Source: an uncultured Acidobacteriota bacterium
GTDB lineage: Bacteria; Acidobacteriota; Terriglobia; UBA7540
Direction: 5' to 3'
NCBI GenBank assembly: GCA_963804995.1
Contig: CAWDSK010000003.1
Span: 256,001-320,000, forward strand
Length of the DNA stretch: 64,000 nt
Shown: piece by piece, positions 51,465 to 60,576 of the stretch
Position numbering within the stretch: position 1 is the first letter of the stretch
How the letters are laid out: the number at the start of each line of letters is the position of its first letter
Notes under the pieces: model-generated
The model's database searches: none
Told to the model about the DNA's origin: nothing
The model's input: the letters and a program-made list of their open reading frames with translations, nothing else
Position numbers and translations under genes: made by a program

Positions 51465-51574
51465 GGTATTGGTTCAGTTTGGTTGTTTGTAGCGGCGGTC
51501 TATGACCGCCGACTTTTTAATTCAATAAGTTCCGGCGCTCATAGAGCGCCGCTACAGCAAACTGCACAACTACC
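51465..51574. mobile_element. 110-bp MITE with GGTA-type ends and REP doublet cargo
   Basis: GGTATTGGTTCAGTTTG...CAAACTGCACAACTACC; exact 8-bp TSD CGACCCAG at 51457-51464 and 51575-51582. Confidence 0.78.
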
Positions 51575-51589
51575 CGACCCAGCTTGGGG

Positions 51590-51618
51590 TTGACATTTTG
51601 CCGCATGCACCTTATGCT
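51590..51618 (+). promoter_or_regulatory. Sigma70 promoter of the reductase operon
   Basis: TTGACA-17-TATGCT. Confidence 0.75.
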
Positions 51619-51630
51619 TTTATTTTGCTG

Positions 51631-51708
51631 ATGCGTACCCCCTTCCAACCCGGCATGGCCATGTGCTGTTGTACGGTGCCAGCGCCGACGTGTGGGGAAC
51701 GTGCTTAG
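51631..51708 (+). CDS. Cys/Met-rich attenuator leader peptide (25 aa)
   Basis: MRTPFQPGMAMCCCTVPAPTCGERA*, between the promoter and a terminator, upstream of the reductase. Confidence 0.75.
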   Translation: MRTPFQPGMAMCCCTVPAPTCGERA

Positions 51709-51736
51709 CCACCAGCTAGCCTAAGGATCTAATTCC

Positions 51737-51781
51737 AACCCACCGCCGGACGCAAGTCGAGCGGTGGGTTTTTTGTTTTTT
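51737..51781 (+). terminator. Attenuator intrinsic terminator
   Basis: AACCCACCGC / GCGGTGGGTT stem with GAC-GCAA-GTC cap, followed by a T-rich tract ending 14 nt before the ATG. Confidence 0.85.
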
Positions 51782-51795
51782 GGAGAGCACTGGGA

Positions 51796-54051
51796 ATGAA
51801 AGCTTCGAATTCACTTTGGAAGGAACGCCTCGCCGGCAAGATGCCGGAGGCCCTCGCCCACGAGGTTGACAACTTCGAGTCGGACATTGGTCTGAGGAAG
51901 CAAGGCAAACTCAACGAGCGCCTTTTTGCTGAAACGCGTTTGCGCAGAGGGGCCTACGGGCAGCGCTACGACAACGGTCAGCGGCACGATGGCAAGAAGG
52001 TCCAGGAGTTCGCCTACCCCACCGGCGGTTTAACCAAAGGCCCCCATACCCTGTGGGACGCCCCGGGGATGCAGCGCATTAAGATTCCAGGCGGCGGCCT
52101 GAATGCCTCGCAGCTTGAAACCTTGGCGGACTTGGCCGAGGAGTACTCGGACGGAATCGCGCACATCACCACCCGCCAGGACGTGCAGCTTCACTACGTT
52201 CACATCGACGACACTCCCTCCTTGATGCGCCGCCTGGCCGCGGCCACCATCACGACGCGCGAGGCCTGCGGGAACTCGGTGCGCAACGTTACCGCGTGCC
52301 CCTATGCAGGCGTTTGCCCGGATGAAGTCTTCGACGTCACCCCCTACTCCCTTGCGCTTTCTAGGTTCCTGCTGGGCCATCCGGATTGCCAGAGCTTTGG
52401 CCGGAAATTCAAGCCCTCCTTCAGCGGGTGCGCGCAGCACGCATGCGGCCTCGCCAACATGCACGACATGGGATTGGTAGCCGTCACGCGCACTGAGAAC
52501 GGCAAGCAGGTGCGGGGCTTTGCTCTGTACGTGGGCGGCGGCCTGGGCACGGTTCCTTACCAGGCAAAACTGTTCGACGCATTTCTGCCGCCGGAAGAAC
52601 TGCTACCCATCGGGCAAGCCATCGCCAGGGTCTTTGCAAGGCTGGGCGAGAAGAAGAATCGCAATCGGGCCCGGATTAAGTTCTTAATCCACGATTTGGG
52701 TATCGAGAAATTCAAGGAGCTGGTTTGGGAGGAGCGCAAGACGCTGCCTCCCGATCCGCGCTGGACGGAATTCCTCGAAACCCTGGAAACCTTCAAGGAA
52801 GAGCCGTTGCGCCCGCCCGGAGAGGCACACCCGCCGGGGTCAGAGGACTTCGAGCGCTGGCGCGCTTCGAACGTGCGGCCACAAAAACAGGATGGCTACT
52901 CAACCGTCACGGTGACCCTCCCCCTGGGGGACATCACCGCCAATCAACTCCGCTCGCTCGCCGATATCGTGCGCCGCTTTACGCGCGAGACGGTGCGGAC
53001 AACCGTGGAACAGAATTTCGTCATTCGCTGGGTCAGCAACGCCGATTTGCAGGACATCCACGAAGCCTTGACCGCCGCGGGCTTGGGACAGCCGGGCGCC
53101 GGAACCATCGTGGATATCGTATCCTGCCCCGGAACGGACACGTGCAAGCTGGGAATCTCCTCGTCACGTGGCCTTGCCTCGGAACTGCGGAAGCGGCTCG
53201 CCCAGAAAAGCTTTGAGCTGGACGAGGCGGTCAACAATCTGCACATCAAAGTCAGCGGCTGCTTCAACAGTTGCGGCCAGCACCACGTAGCGGACCTGGG
53301 TTTCTACGGTGTCAGCCGCAAAATGGCGGGTTACGCGGTGCCGCACTTCCAGGTAGTCCTGGGAGGAGAATGGGATAACAACGCCGGCTCGTACGGGCTG
53401 CCCATTGTGGCGATCCCGTCCAAGAACATACCGGAAGTTGTGGCCCGCTTGACCGATCGCTATGTAGCGATGCGGAAGAATGGCGAAAGCTTCAAGGATT
53501 TTGCCAAGCGAATCGGGAAAGCGGAAATCAAGAATCTGCTGGAGGATCTTACCCGGATACCCACCGAGGAAACCGAGCGTTCGTTCTTCAGCGACTGGGG
53601 CGATCCACGTGAATACAGCTTGGGTGATTTGGGGGTCGGTGAATGCGCCGGCGAAGTTGTGTCCGCTATCGAATTCGACCTGGCGGCTGCAGAAAGAGAA
53701 GTCTTTGAAGCGCAGTTGGACTTGGAAAAAGGCCATTTTGAGCCGGCAGCCAGGACTGCCTACCTGGCTATGCTTCATGCGGCCAAAGCGTTGGTCAAGC
53801 TGGAACTCCGAGACATCTCAGATGATCCAGACCAGATCGTTCAGGAATTCACTGCCCGATTCTATGACACGCAGAAATTCTTCGATTCCTTCGCAGGAGG
53901 AAAATTCGCGCAATACTTGTTCGCAGCCCATCAAGCGTCAGGCAAGCCCGTGAGTCCGGACTCAGCACGCTACCTGATCGACGAGGCACAACTGTTTATT
54001 GACGCCTCACACGCCTGCTATAACCGCTTGGGAGCCGCCGTAGTTGCGTAG
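51796..54051 (+). CDS. sir: Siroheme sulfite/nitrite reductase with C-terminal HEPN-like extension
   Basis: ITTRQDVQ, ACGNSVRN, RKFK, CPGTDTC and SGCFNSCGQH; the Cys leader favours sulfite as substrate. Confidence 0.88.
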   Translation: MKASNSLWKERLAGKMPEALAHEVDNFESDIGLRKQGKLNERLFAETRLRRGAYGQRYDNGQRHDGKKVQEFAYPTGGLTKGPHTLWDAPGMQRIKIPGGGLNASQLETLADLAEEYSDGIAHITTRQDVQLHYVHIDDTPSLMRRLAAATITTREACGNSVRNVTACPYAGVCPDEVFDVTPYSLALSRFLLGHPDCQSFGRKFKPSFSGCAQHACGLANMHDMGLVAVTRTENGKQVRGFALYVGGGLGTVPYQAKLFDAFLPPEELLPIGQAIARVFARLGEKKNRNRARIKFLIHDLGIEKFKELVWEERKTLPPDPRWTEFLETLETFKEEPLRPPGEAHPPGSEDFERWRASNVRPQKQDGYSTVTVTLPLGDITANQLRSLADIVRRFTRETVRTTVEQNFVIRWVSNADLQDIHEALTAAGLGQPGAGTIVDIVSCPGTDTCKLGISSSRGLASELRKRLAQKSFELDEAVNNLHIKVSGCFNSCGQHHVADLGFYGVSRKMAGYAVPHFQVVLGGEWDNNAGSYGLPIVAIPSKNIPEVVARLTDRYVAMRKNGESFKDFAKRIGKAEIKNLLEDLTRIPTEETERSFFSDWGDPREYSLGDLGVGECAGEVVSAIEFDLAAAEREVFEAQLDLEKGHFEPAARTAYLAMLHAAKALVKLELRDISDDPDQIVQEFTARFYDTQKFFDSFAGGKFAQYLFAAHQASGKPVSPDSARYLIDEAQLFIDASHACYNRLGAAVVA

Positions 54052-54150
54052 AGGAAGAGATTCGGGTCACAGATCGAGCCCTGGAAGCCCAAATGGGATC
54101 GAGTTTCGAATTTCGAGTTTCGATTTTCGTCTTTTAGAGGATTGCATCGC

Positions 54151-54753
54151 ATGGAACTTCAGCACGTCAACGTTAAACTCCTAATGAAGAATCTGGAGGA
54201 ACATGACCTCAACCCCTTGATTCCGGTCTTTCATAGCTGGATCCAGGATCAGGGCCGCGGCGAGCTTCTGATTGATGTTGCCGATTACCGGCATGTCCCG
54301 GCGGGGCCGGGTGTGGTGTTAATCGGACACGAAGCCAATTACAGCCTCGATAACACCGGCGGGCGCTGGGGGGTTCGATACAATCGCAAGGCTGTGCTGG
54401 AAGGAACTAACCAGGATCGGCTGACGCAAGCCGCACAGGCGGCCCTTGCTGCTTGCCAGCGCCTCGAAACGGACCCGCGCCTGAATGGGAAGATTCGGTT
54501 TGAGGGCCGGGAGATCGAGGTGTTCATAAACGACCGCCTACTGGCCCCGAATACGGAAGAAACCCGCGCCGCGGCTGAGCCTGAGTTCCGTCCCTTTTTC
54601 TCGCGCTTATTTGGAAGCGTTGAATTTGATCTTGTTTACCCCCAAGACCCCCGCAGCTTATTCTCAGTTAGGGCAACGGCGTCCCAACCCGTTAGCACAC
54701 TGACTTTGCTAAACAACTTGTATTCGCTCGCCTCCGTGGCCGATCGAAATTAA
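54151..54753 (+). CDS. Hypothetical protein, probably co-transcribed with the reductase
   Basis: 200-aa ORF; IPVFHSWIQ, LIDVADYRHVPAGPGVVLIGHE and INDRLLAPNT; GAGG RBS. Confidence 0.8.
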   Translation: MELQHVNVKLLMKNLEEHDLNPLIPVFHSWIQDQGRGELLIDVADYRHVPAGPGVVLIGHEANYSLDNTGGRWGVRYNRKAVLEGTNQDRLTQAAQAALAACQRLETDPRLNGKIRFEGREIEVFINDRLLAPNTEETRAAAEPEFRPFFSRLFGSVEFDLVYPQDPRSLFSVRATASQPVSTLTLLNNLYSLASVADRN

Positions 54754-54856
54754 ATTGAACTATTCACCGCTCGCCTCCCACATCCGGATTGGGTCCGGCC
54801 CCCCACCGCAGGGATGCTATACTTTATAAGTTTACGGCCACTTTTTCGGAGCCCTT

Positions 54857-55687
54857 ATGCACGATATCTGTGTGTGGACCGCCCTGGCGTTATACGGCCT
54901 GGGAATTTTGCTGATCATTCCATCCGTCAAGCGACGCCGCCCCTCGCTCTCCCCCGCGTCATTAGGAGCGCTAGGGCTGGGTCTAGTTGCCCACGCCGCG
55001 GCCTTAGCAACTGTAGTCGCACGCATTCATCGTCTGCCGGTCACCGACGTGCGCAGCGCTTTGTCGTTTTACGCATTCATGGTGACTCTTGCCTTCTTCT
55101 TCGTCTACTTGCGCTACCGGATTGTTTCGCTCGGACTCTTCATGCTGCCGCTGGTTTTCCTGCTGACGCTCACCTCCGCACTGCGCCCCGAAGGGTCCTT
55201 TGATTCATCGGCGTTTCGTGGTGGCTGGCTGCTGGTGCATATCTGTTCGATATTTCTTGGCTACACGGCATTCTTTCTAACCTTTGTCGCGTCCGTCATG
55301 TACCTGATTCAGGAGCGAGAGCTGAAATCACGGCAGCCGCGTGGATTTTATTACCGGCTGCCCTCGCTCGAAGTCTGCGACGAGATCTATTACCGCTCGC
55401 TGGTGTTGGGACTTCCCTTCTTGAGTTTGGGAATTCTAACGGGCTTTGTGTGGGCCAGCCGGACGTGGAAAGGCCCCTGGGAACTTGACCCGAAAATTCT
55501 CGCCTCAATGGTGACTTGGCTCATCTACCTTGTGCTCTTTTCCACAAGAGTCAGCGGCGTCTGGCGAGGGCGGCGCGCTGCGTACCTTGCTATTTTCGGA
55601 TTCGCCGCCATCCTGGTGACCTTCATGGGAATCAGCGTGCTAAGCGGACAGCACGGGTATATCCCCAAGCTGGGGTCTGGGGGCTAG
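54857..55687 (+). CDS. ccsA: Cytochrome c assembly protein (CcsA/HemX-like)
   Basis: WLLVH, YLIQERELK and GFVWA...WELDPK; directly upstream of hemA. Confidence 0.85.
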   Translation: MHDICVWTALALYGLGILLIIPSVKRRRPSLSPASLGALGLGLVAHAAALATVVARIHRLPVTDVRSALSFYAFMVTLAFFFVYLRYRIVSLGLFMLPLVFLLTLTSALRPEGSFDSSAFRGGWLLVHICSIFLGYTAFFLTFVASVMYLIQERELKSRQPRGFYYRLPSLEVCDEIYYRSLVLGLPFLSLGILTGFVWASRTWKGPWELDPKILASMVTWLIYLVLFSTRVSGVWRGRRAAYLAIFGFAAILVTFMGISVLSGQHGYIPKLGSGG

Positions 55688-55707
55688 GGGCTGGGCACTG
55701 GGAAATT

Positions 55708-56973
55708 ATGAACTTGACGCTGTTGGGCATCAATCATCGCACGGCGCCGGTGGAGATCCGGGAGAGGATGAACATCCCGGAAGCACGCCTGGCTGAAGCC
55801 GTCTCTGATTTGGTGCACCGAACGGGCATTCGCGAAGGGATGATTCTTTCCACCTGCAACCGCGTGGAGGTGATGACCTCCGCGGAAGACGACGTGGATG
55901 CAGAGACGATTATCCGCGGCTTCCTGGCCGATCATCACCACTGTGACCTGACGCACTTCGCCCACTTCTTCTATCGCCTGCGCCAGCAGGACGTGGTGCG
56001 CCACCTCTTTCGCGTGGCCTCCAGTTTGGATTCTATGATCCTCGGCGAGCCACAAATCCTGGGACAGATGAAGCAGGCGTACTCTGTGGCGCGCGCCGTA
56101 GGTGGACTGCACGGCGCCTTGAACGAGGTGGTCGACCAGGCGCTGGCGGTGGCGCGGCGGGTGCGTCGCGAAACGGCTTTGGGGTCCGCGGCAGTATCGG
56201 TCTCCTACGCGGCAGTGGAACTGGCCAAAAAAATCTTCGGCAGCCTTGCGGGCAAAACCATCTTCGTGGTGGGGGCGGGCAAGATGAGTGAGCTCGCCGC
56301 CAAACACCTGCTGCGCAGCGGCGCCAGCAGCATTCTGGTCAGCAATCGCACCTACGACCGGGCTGTGGAACTGGCCGCCGCTTTTCACGGGACAGCGGTG
56401 CCGTTTGAAGAACTCTTCGACCATCTCGGCCAAGCGGACATCGTCATCAGCTCAACTGGCGCGCCCAATACAATCATCAGCAAGGCGCAAGTTGAAAAGA
56501 TCCTATCCGCGCGCCGCAATCGACCGGTGTTTTTCGTGGACATCGCCGTACCACGTGACATCGATCCCGCCGTCAATGAACTGGATAATGCTTTTGTTTA
56601 TGATATCGATGACCTGGGCCACGTTGTCGAAGCCAATAAGAAACAGCGCGAGCAAGAGGCGGTGTGGGCCGAGGACATTGTCCAAACCGAAGTGCAGAAG
56701 ACTATGAAACGCCTGGCGTCACGCGATGTGGTGCCCACCATCGTGGCCCTGGAAGGACGCCTGAACCGCATTCGCGAAAGCGAAATGGACCGCTACCAGG
56801 GCCGCCTGGGGAACCTTTCGCCCGAGCAGCGCCAGGCCGTCGAGGCGCTGACCCGCGGCATCCTGAACAAAATTCTGCACGGGCCCATCACCGAGCTCAA
56901 GAGCGGCGTGGGTGAACCGGAGCACGTGGCGCTGGTGCGGTTGATTCATAAAATTTTCGGGTTGGAGGAATAA
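55708..56973 (+). CDS. hemA: Glutamyl-tRNA reductase
   Basis: GINHRTAPVEIRE, LSTCNRVE, SLDSMILGEPQILGQ, GAGKM and DIAVPRDI. Confidence 0.97.
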   Translation: MNLTLLGINHRTAPVEIRERMNIPEARLAEAVSDLVHRTGIREGMILSTCNRVEVMTSAEDDVDAETIIRGFLADHHHCDLTHFAHFFYRLRQQDVVRHLFRVASSLDSMILGEPQILGQMKQAYSVARAVGGLHGALNEVVDQALAVARRVRRETALGSAAVSVSYAAVELAKKIFGSLAGKTIFVVGAGKMSELAAKHLLRSGASSILVSNRTYDRAVELAAAFHGTAVPFEELFDHLGQADIVISSTGAPNTIISKAQVEKILSARRNRPVFFVDIAVPRDIDPAVNELDNAFVYDIDDLGHVVEANKKQREQEAVWAEDIVQTEVQKTMKRLASRDVVPTIVALEGRLNRIRESEMDRYQGRLGNLSPEQRQAVEALTRGILNKILHGPITELKSGVGEPEHVALVRLIHKIFGLEE

Positions 56974-57032
56974 GCTCGCGGATGAGCTACGCCGAATGCT
57001 CAATTCGCTGCGGCGCAGACTCGGCTGATTGC

Positions 57033-57061
57033 TCGTCACTTGTCACTCGTCACTGGTCACT
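57033..57061 (+). repeat. Heptamer tandem repeat (NGTCACT)x4
   Basis: CGTCACT TGTCACT CGTCACT GGTCACT between hemA and hemC. Confidence 0.7.
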
Positions 57062-57069
57062 GTTTTGTT

Positions 57070-58020
57070 ATGAAACTTACCATCGGCTCACGCGGCTCTA
57101 AACTCGCGCTTTGGCAGGCCCAATGGGTCCGCGACCAGCTTACGGCCAAGGGCTTCGAGGTGGAGGTCCGCATCATCAAGACCACAGGCGACAAACTTCA
57201 AGCTTTCGCCCCCAACGAGTCCTTGCCGGCGTCGATCGCCGAGACGGTGGCGCAGGTTGGAAGCAAAGGTATGTTCATCAAGGAAATCGAAGAAGCACTG
57301 CTGGCTGGAGAAATTGATGTGGCCGTGCACAGCCTGAAAGATCTCCCCACCGAGCCGCCCGCCGGTCTCGTGCTCGGCGCGGTACCACAGCGTGAGGACG
57401 CTCGCGATGTCTTCATCTCGCGGAACGACCAGACCCTTGCGGCTCTCGCACCGGGCGCGCGGGTCGGAACCAGCAGCTTGCGCCGCCAGACTCAATTGTG
57501 TTCCTTGCGGCCCGACCTCACTTTCGAAGCGATGCGAGGCAATCTCGATACTCGCCTGCGGAAACTCGAACGTGGCGATGCGCAGGCACTGGTACTGGCC
57601 GCGGCGGGCGTGCACCGACTGGGCCTGGCCGGGCACATCACGGCGTACTTCTCCTTTGAGCAGATGTGTCCGGCCGTGGGCCAGGGCGCACTGGGCATAG
57701 AGATTCGAGCTGATGACCCGAAGGCGCGCGAAGCCGTCGAGCCGCTTGATCATGTATCGACACATCAGGCCGTGCGCGCGGAGCGTGCTGTGCTGCGCCG
57801 CCTGGGCGGCGGTTGTCAGGTGCCCATTGCCGCGCACGCGGTTTCAGAAGATAGCCAACTGCACTTGCGCGGGTTGGTTGCTAACCTGGACGGAACGCGA
57901 GTCATACGCGCGCAGGCCGTTGGCGCCGCCTCCGATCCCGAGGCGCTGGGCACGGCGGCGGCCGAAGACCTGCTGCAACAGGGCGCTCGGGATATTCTCA
58001 ACTCGATTGGCCAGGCGTAA
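57070..58020 (+). CDS. hemC: Hydroxymethylbilane synthase
   Basis: GSRGSKLALWQA, AVHSLKD, GTSSLRR, RGNLDTRL and GGCQVPI. Confidence 0.97.
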   Translation: MKLTIGSRGSKLALWQAQWVRDQLTAKGFEVEVRIIKTTGDKLQAFAPNESLPASIAETVAQVGSKGMFIKEIEEALLAGEIDVAVHSLKDLPTEPPAGLVLGAVPQREDARDVFISRNDQTLAALAPGARVGTSSLRRQTQLCSLRPDLTFEAMRGNLDTRLRKLERGDAQALVLAAAGVHRLGLAGHITAYFSFEQMCPAVGQGALGIEIRADDPKAREAVEPLDHVSTHQAVRAERAVLRRLGGGCQVPIAAHAVSEDSQLHLRGLVANLDGTRVIRAQAVGAASDPEALGTAAAEDLLQQGARDILNSIGQA

Positions 58021-58035
58021 GACCTTGCTCCTATC

Positions 58036-58863
58036 GTGATGGGTGTAGATATGGGGTCGCACAATCACGTGCATTCGCCCGAGCACCTGCCACTTTCCGG
58101 CAGGCGCATTGCCATCACCCGCGCCCGCGACCAGGCCAGCGTGCTGCGCGAAGAGCTTGCGGCAATGGGCGCGGAAGTAATTGAAATTCCGACGATTGAA
58201 ATTCGACCGCCTGATTCATGGGAGCCGCTCAACGCCGCGATTAGCAAGCTTGATAAATTTGATTACCTGCTGGTGACCTCCGCGAATGGGGTGCGAAACT
58301 TCCTGGCGCGCCTTGCAGCGTGCGGGCGAGACGTGGGGGATCTGAGGGGCCTGACCATCGGCGCCATCGGCCCTGCTACGGCGGCGGAATTCTCACGTGC
58401 AGGCGTGAAAGTGGATTTGCTGCCGCGCGAGTACGTGGCTGAGGGGTTGCTCGCGGCGCTCGGCGACCGCGACTTGCGTGGTAAAGCATTCCTCATTCCA
58501 CGCGCGCGGGTGGCGCGAGACGTGGTGCCGCGCGTGCTCGAGGAGCGGGGCGCCCGGGTGGAAGTCGTGGAAGCCTACCAGACGGTCGCCCCTGAAATCT
58601 CCCCGCAGGAACTCACGCTCCTGCTCACGCCGCCACCGGACGCCATCACCTTCACCAGTTCGTCTACTGCGATAAACTTTGCGAAGCTCGTGGGCGAAGG
58701 CCGGCTCGTGGAAACGCTGCGCGGAACAGCTATCGCCTCCATCGGCCCGGTCACCTCCGGAACCCTCGGCAAGCTTGGCCTCACGGTAAACCTCGAAGCG
58801 CAAGAATCCACAATGGCGGGACTAGTAGAGGCAATTCAAGGATACTTTTCCAAAAACTGTTAG
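58036..58863 (+). CDS. hemD: Uroporphyrinogen-III synthase
   Basis: ITRARDQA, TSANGV, AIGPATA, FTSSST and SIGPVT. Confidence 0.93.
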   Translation: MMGVDMGSHNHVHSPEHLPLSGRRIAITRARDQASVLREELAAMGAEVIEIPTIEIRPPDSWEPLNAAISKLDKFDYLLVTSANGVRNFLARLAACGRDVGDLRGLTIGAIGPATAAEFSRAGVKVDLLPREYVAEGLLAALGDRDLRGKAFLIPRARVARDVVPRVLEERGARVEVVEAYQTVAPEISPQELTLLLTPPPDAITFTSSSTAINFAKLVGEGRLVETLRGTAIASIGPVTSGTLGKLGLTVNLEAQESTMAGLVEAIQGYFSKNC

Positions 58864-58994
58864 AGAGAAGAGGTTGTCAGTTGCAAGTTGTTTGAAGTAA
58901 ATCAACTCACAGCGCTGCCAACCGCCCCATCAATCGATCACTCCAGGTTTCGACTTTCGAATCCAGTTATTGGACTTACCCGCTCGGACACATC

Positions 58995-59777
58995 TTACAG
59001 GTTCAACAACTCGCGCAGCTTGCGGGTTTGGGCGCGGCTGACGGGGATTTCCGTCTGCTTGCGGTCTTCCATCTTAAGTTGGTAGGAGCTCTTGAACCAC
59101 GGCACAACTTCTTTGATGCGGTTCACGTTAACCAGGTAGGAACGGTGAACGCGCCAGAAGGTTTTGTCGTCGAGGTTCGCCTGGAGTTCCTCGACGGTCC
59201 GGAAGTTAGATTCGCCTTCCAATTCGCGCGTGACAATGCTGATGACACCGTCTTGGATGCTGGCGTAAATGATGTCGCCGGAATCAACCAGAAAGAGCCG
59301 GTTGCCGCTCTTAATAACCACTTTGCCTTTGCGGTCGGCGGGACGCTCCTCCATCATTTGCACCAAGCGGTCAAGCTTCTGGCTGGCGGGGTCCGAGGTG
59401 TCAACCAGGCGGCGCACGCGCAGTAGGGCCTTTTCCAAGCGCGCCTTGGCGATAGGTTTCAAGAGGTAGTCGATGGCGTTCACCTCAAAGGCCTGCACGG
59501 CATAGTTATCGTAGGCCGTCGCGAAAATGAAGAAGGGCAGGCGCAGCTTCTTCTCCAGCAGGCGCTTGATGACGCCGAAGCCGTCCATGCCGGGCATTTG
59601 CACGTCTAAGAAGACCACGTGCGGGTTCAGGTCGCGGACCAGATTCACGGCCTCAACGCCGTTTTTGCCTTGGCCAACGACTTCCAGCTCGGGAATGCCT
59701 TTGAGCAGGAATGCCAACTCGTCACGGGCCGGCTGTTCATCGTCAACGATAAGTGCCCTGATTTTCATGCCAGACAA
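58995..59777 (-). CDS. LytTR-family response regulator
   Basis: IVDDE, FLDVQMP, DYLLK, FWRVHRSYLVN and IPVSR. Confidence 0.95.
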   Translation of the reverse strand: MSGMKIRALIVDDEQPARDELAFLLKGIPELEVVGQGKNGVEAVNLVRDLNPHVVFLDVQMPGMDGFGVIKRLLEKKLRLPFFIFATAYDNYAVQAFEVNAIDYLLKPIAKARLEKALLRVRRLVDTSDPASQKLDRLVQMMEERPADRKGKVVIKSGNRLFLVDSGDIIYASIQDGVISIVTRELEGESNFRTVEELQANLDDKTFWRVHRSYLVNVNRIKEVVPWFKSSYQLKMEDRKQTEIPVSRAQTRKLRELLNL

Positions 59778-60016
59778 TTCTCCTTCCTCACCTATTGATT
59801 CCGTTACAACTTAGTCGCCACCAGTCCCTGTGCATCATTATACCTGACACCGGATTTCCCGAGAACGCCGAGTCGGGCGCGGCGGCCTCGCGACGACGAG
59901 AAATGCTGGGCGTCCTGTGCTAGCATGGGCGACAGTAATCGGCCTCGGGCTCCCAAGATCGGCTGCCGGTGGGCCGTGTCCCCAAAGGTGCACAGTCAGA
60001 ATTGTGAGGTGTAACC

Positions 60017-60457
60017 ATGAGAATCGCACGCGGGATCGCCCTCCTGATGGCTATTGGATTCGGGTCGATGGCCTGGCCACACCACGCTGCTGCCCAAGCC
60101 TGTAAAGACGAGGAATCCATGGTGGAGGAGTCCAAGAAGTCGCTCGTAGGATTGGTCACGACCGTAAAGCAGGAGAGCGTCCAGGATTTCGAAAAGGCCT
60201 ACCATCAGAAGAGCGCTGTGAACAAGCTAACCTTCTTCGGCATCGCCGTGGATAGTCTCGTCAAGTGTCTGGAAAAGGTGGAGCAGGATCCGTCTACACC
60301 GAAAGAGGTCATCGAGGCCAGCAAGACCAGGCACGAGGCCTCCGCAAAGCTGAAAGAAAAAGTCCAACAAGACCGTGACGCGTTGAAAGCGCTGAGTGCT
60401 CCCAAGGACGCGAAAGAGTACGTCGAGAAGCTCGAACGAAGCACATTAGGCGCGTAA
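60017..60457 (+). CDS. Exported hypothetical helical protein
   Basis: GAGGT RBS; signal peptide; 146 aa. Confidence 0.75.
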   Translation: MRIARGIALLMAIGFGSMAWPHHAAAQACKDEESMVEESKKSLVGLVTTVKQESVQDFEKAYHQKSAVNKLTFFGIAVDSLVKCLEKVEQDPSTPKEVIEASKTRHEASAKLKEKVQQDRDALKALSAPKDAKEYVEKLERSTLGA

Positions 60458-60576
60458 GAGCTCTTCGAGGACTTGTGAAGCTCCCTCCGGCGCTCTTGCC
60501 GGGACGGCAGGCTTGAGGTGCTATACTGCCTGCGCCGATATCGTTGCGTCACTGTCACCATGCGAGGTTGATACTT

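Noticed and set aside
53680..54051. HEPN tail as an RNase toxin or defence system
   Set aside because: No clear RxxxxH catalytic motif, and the context is metabolic.
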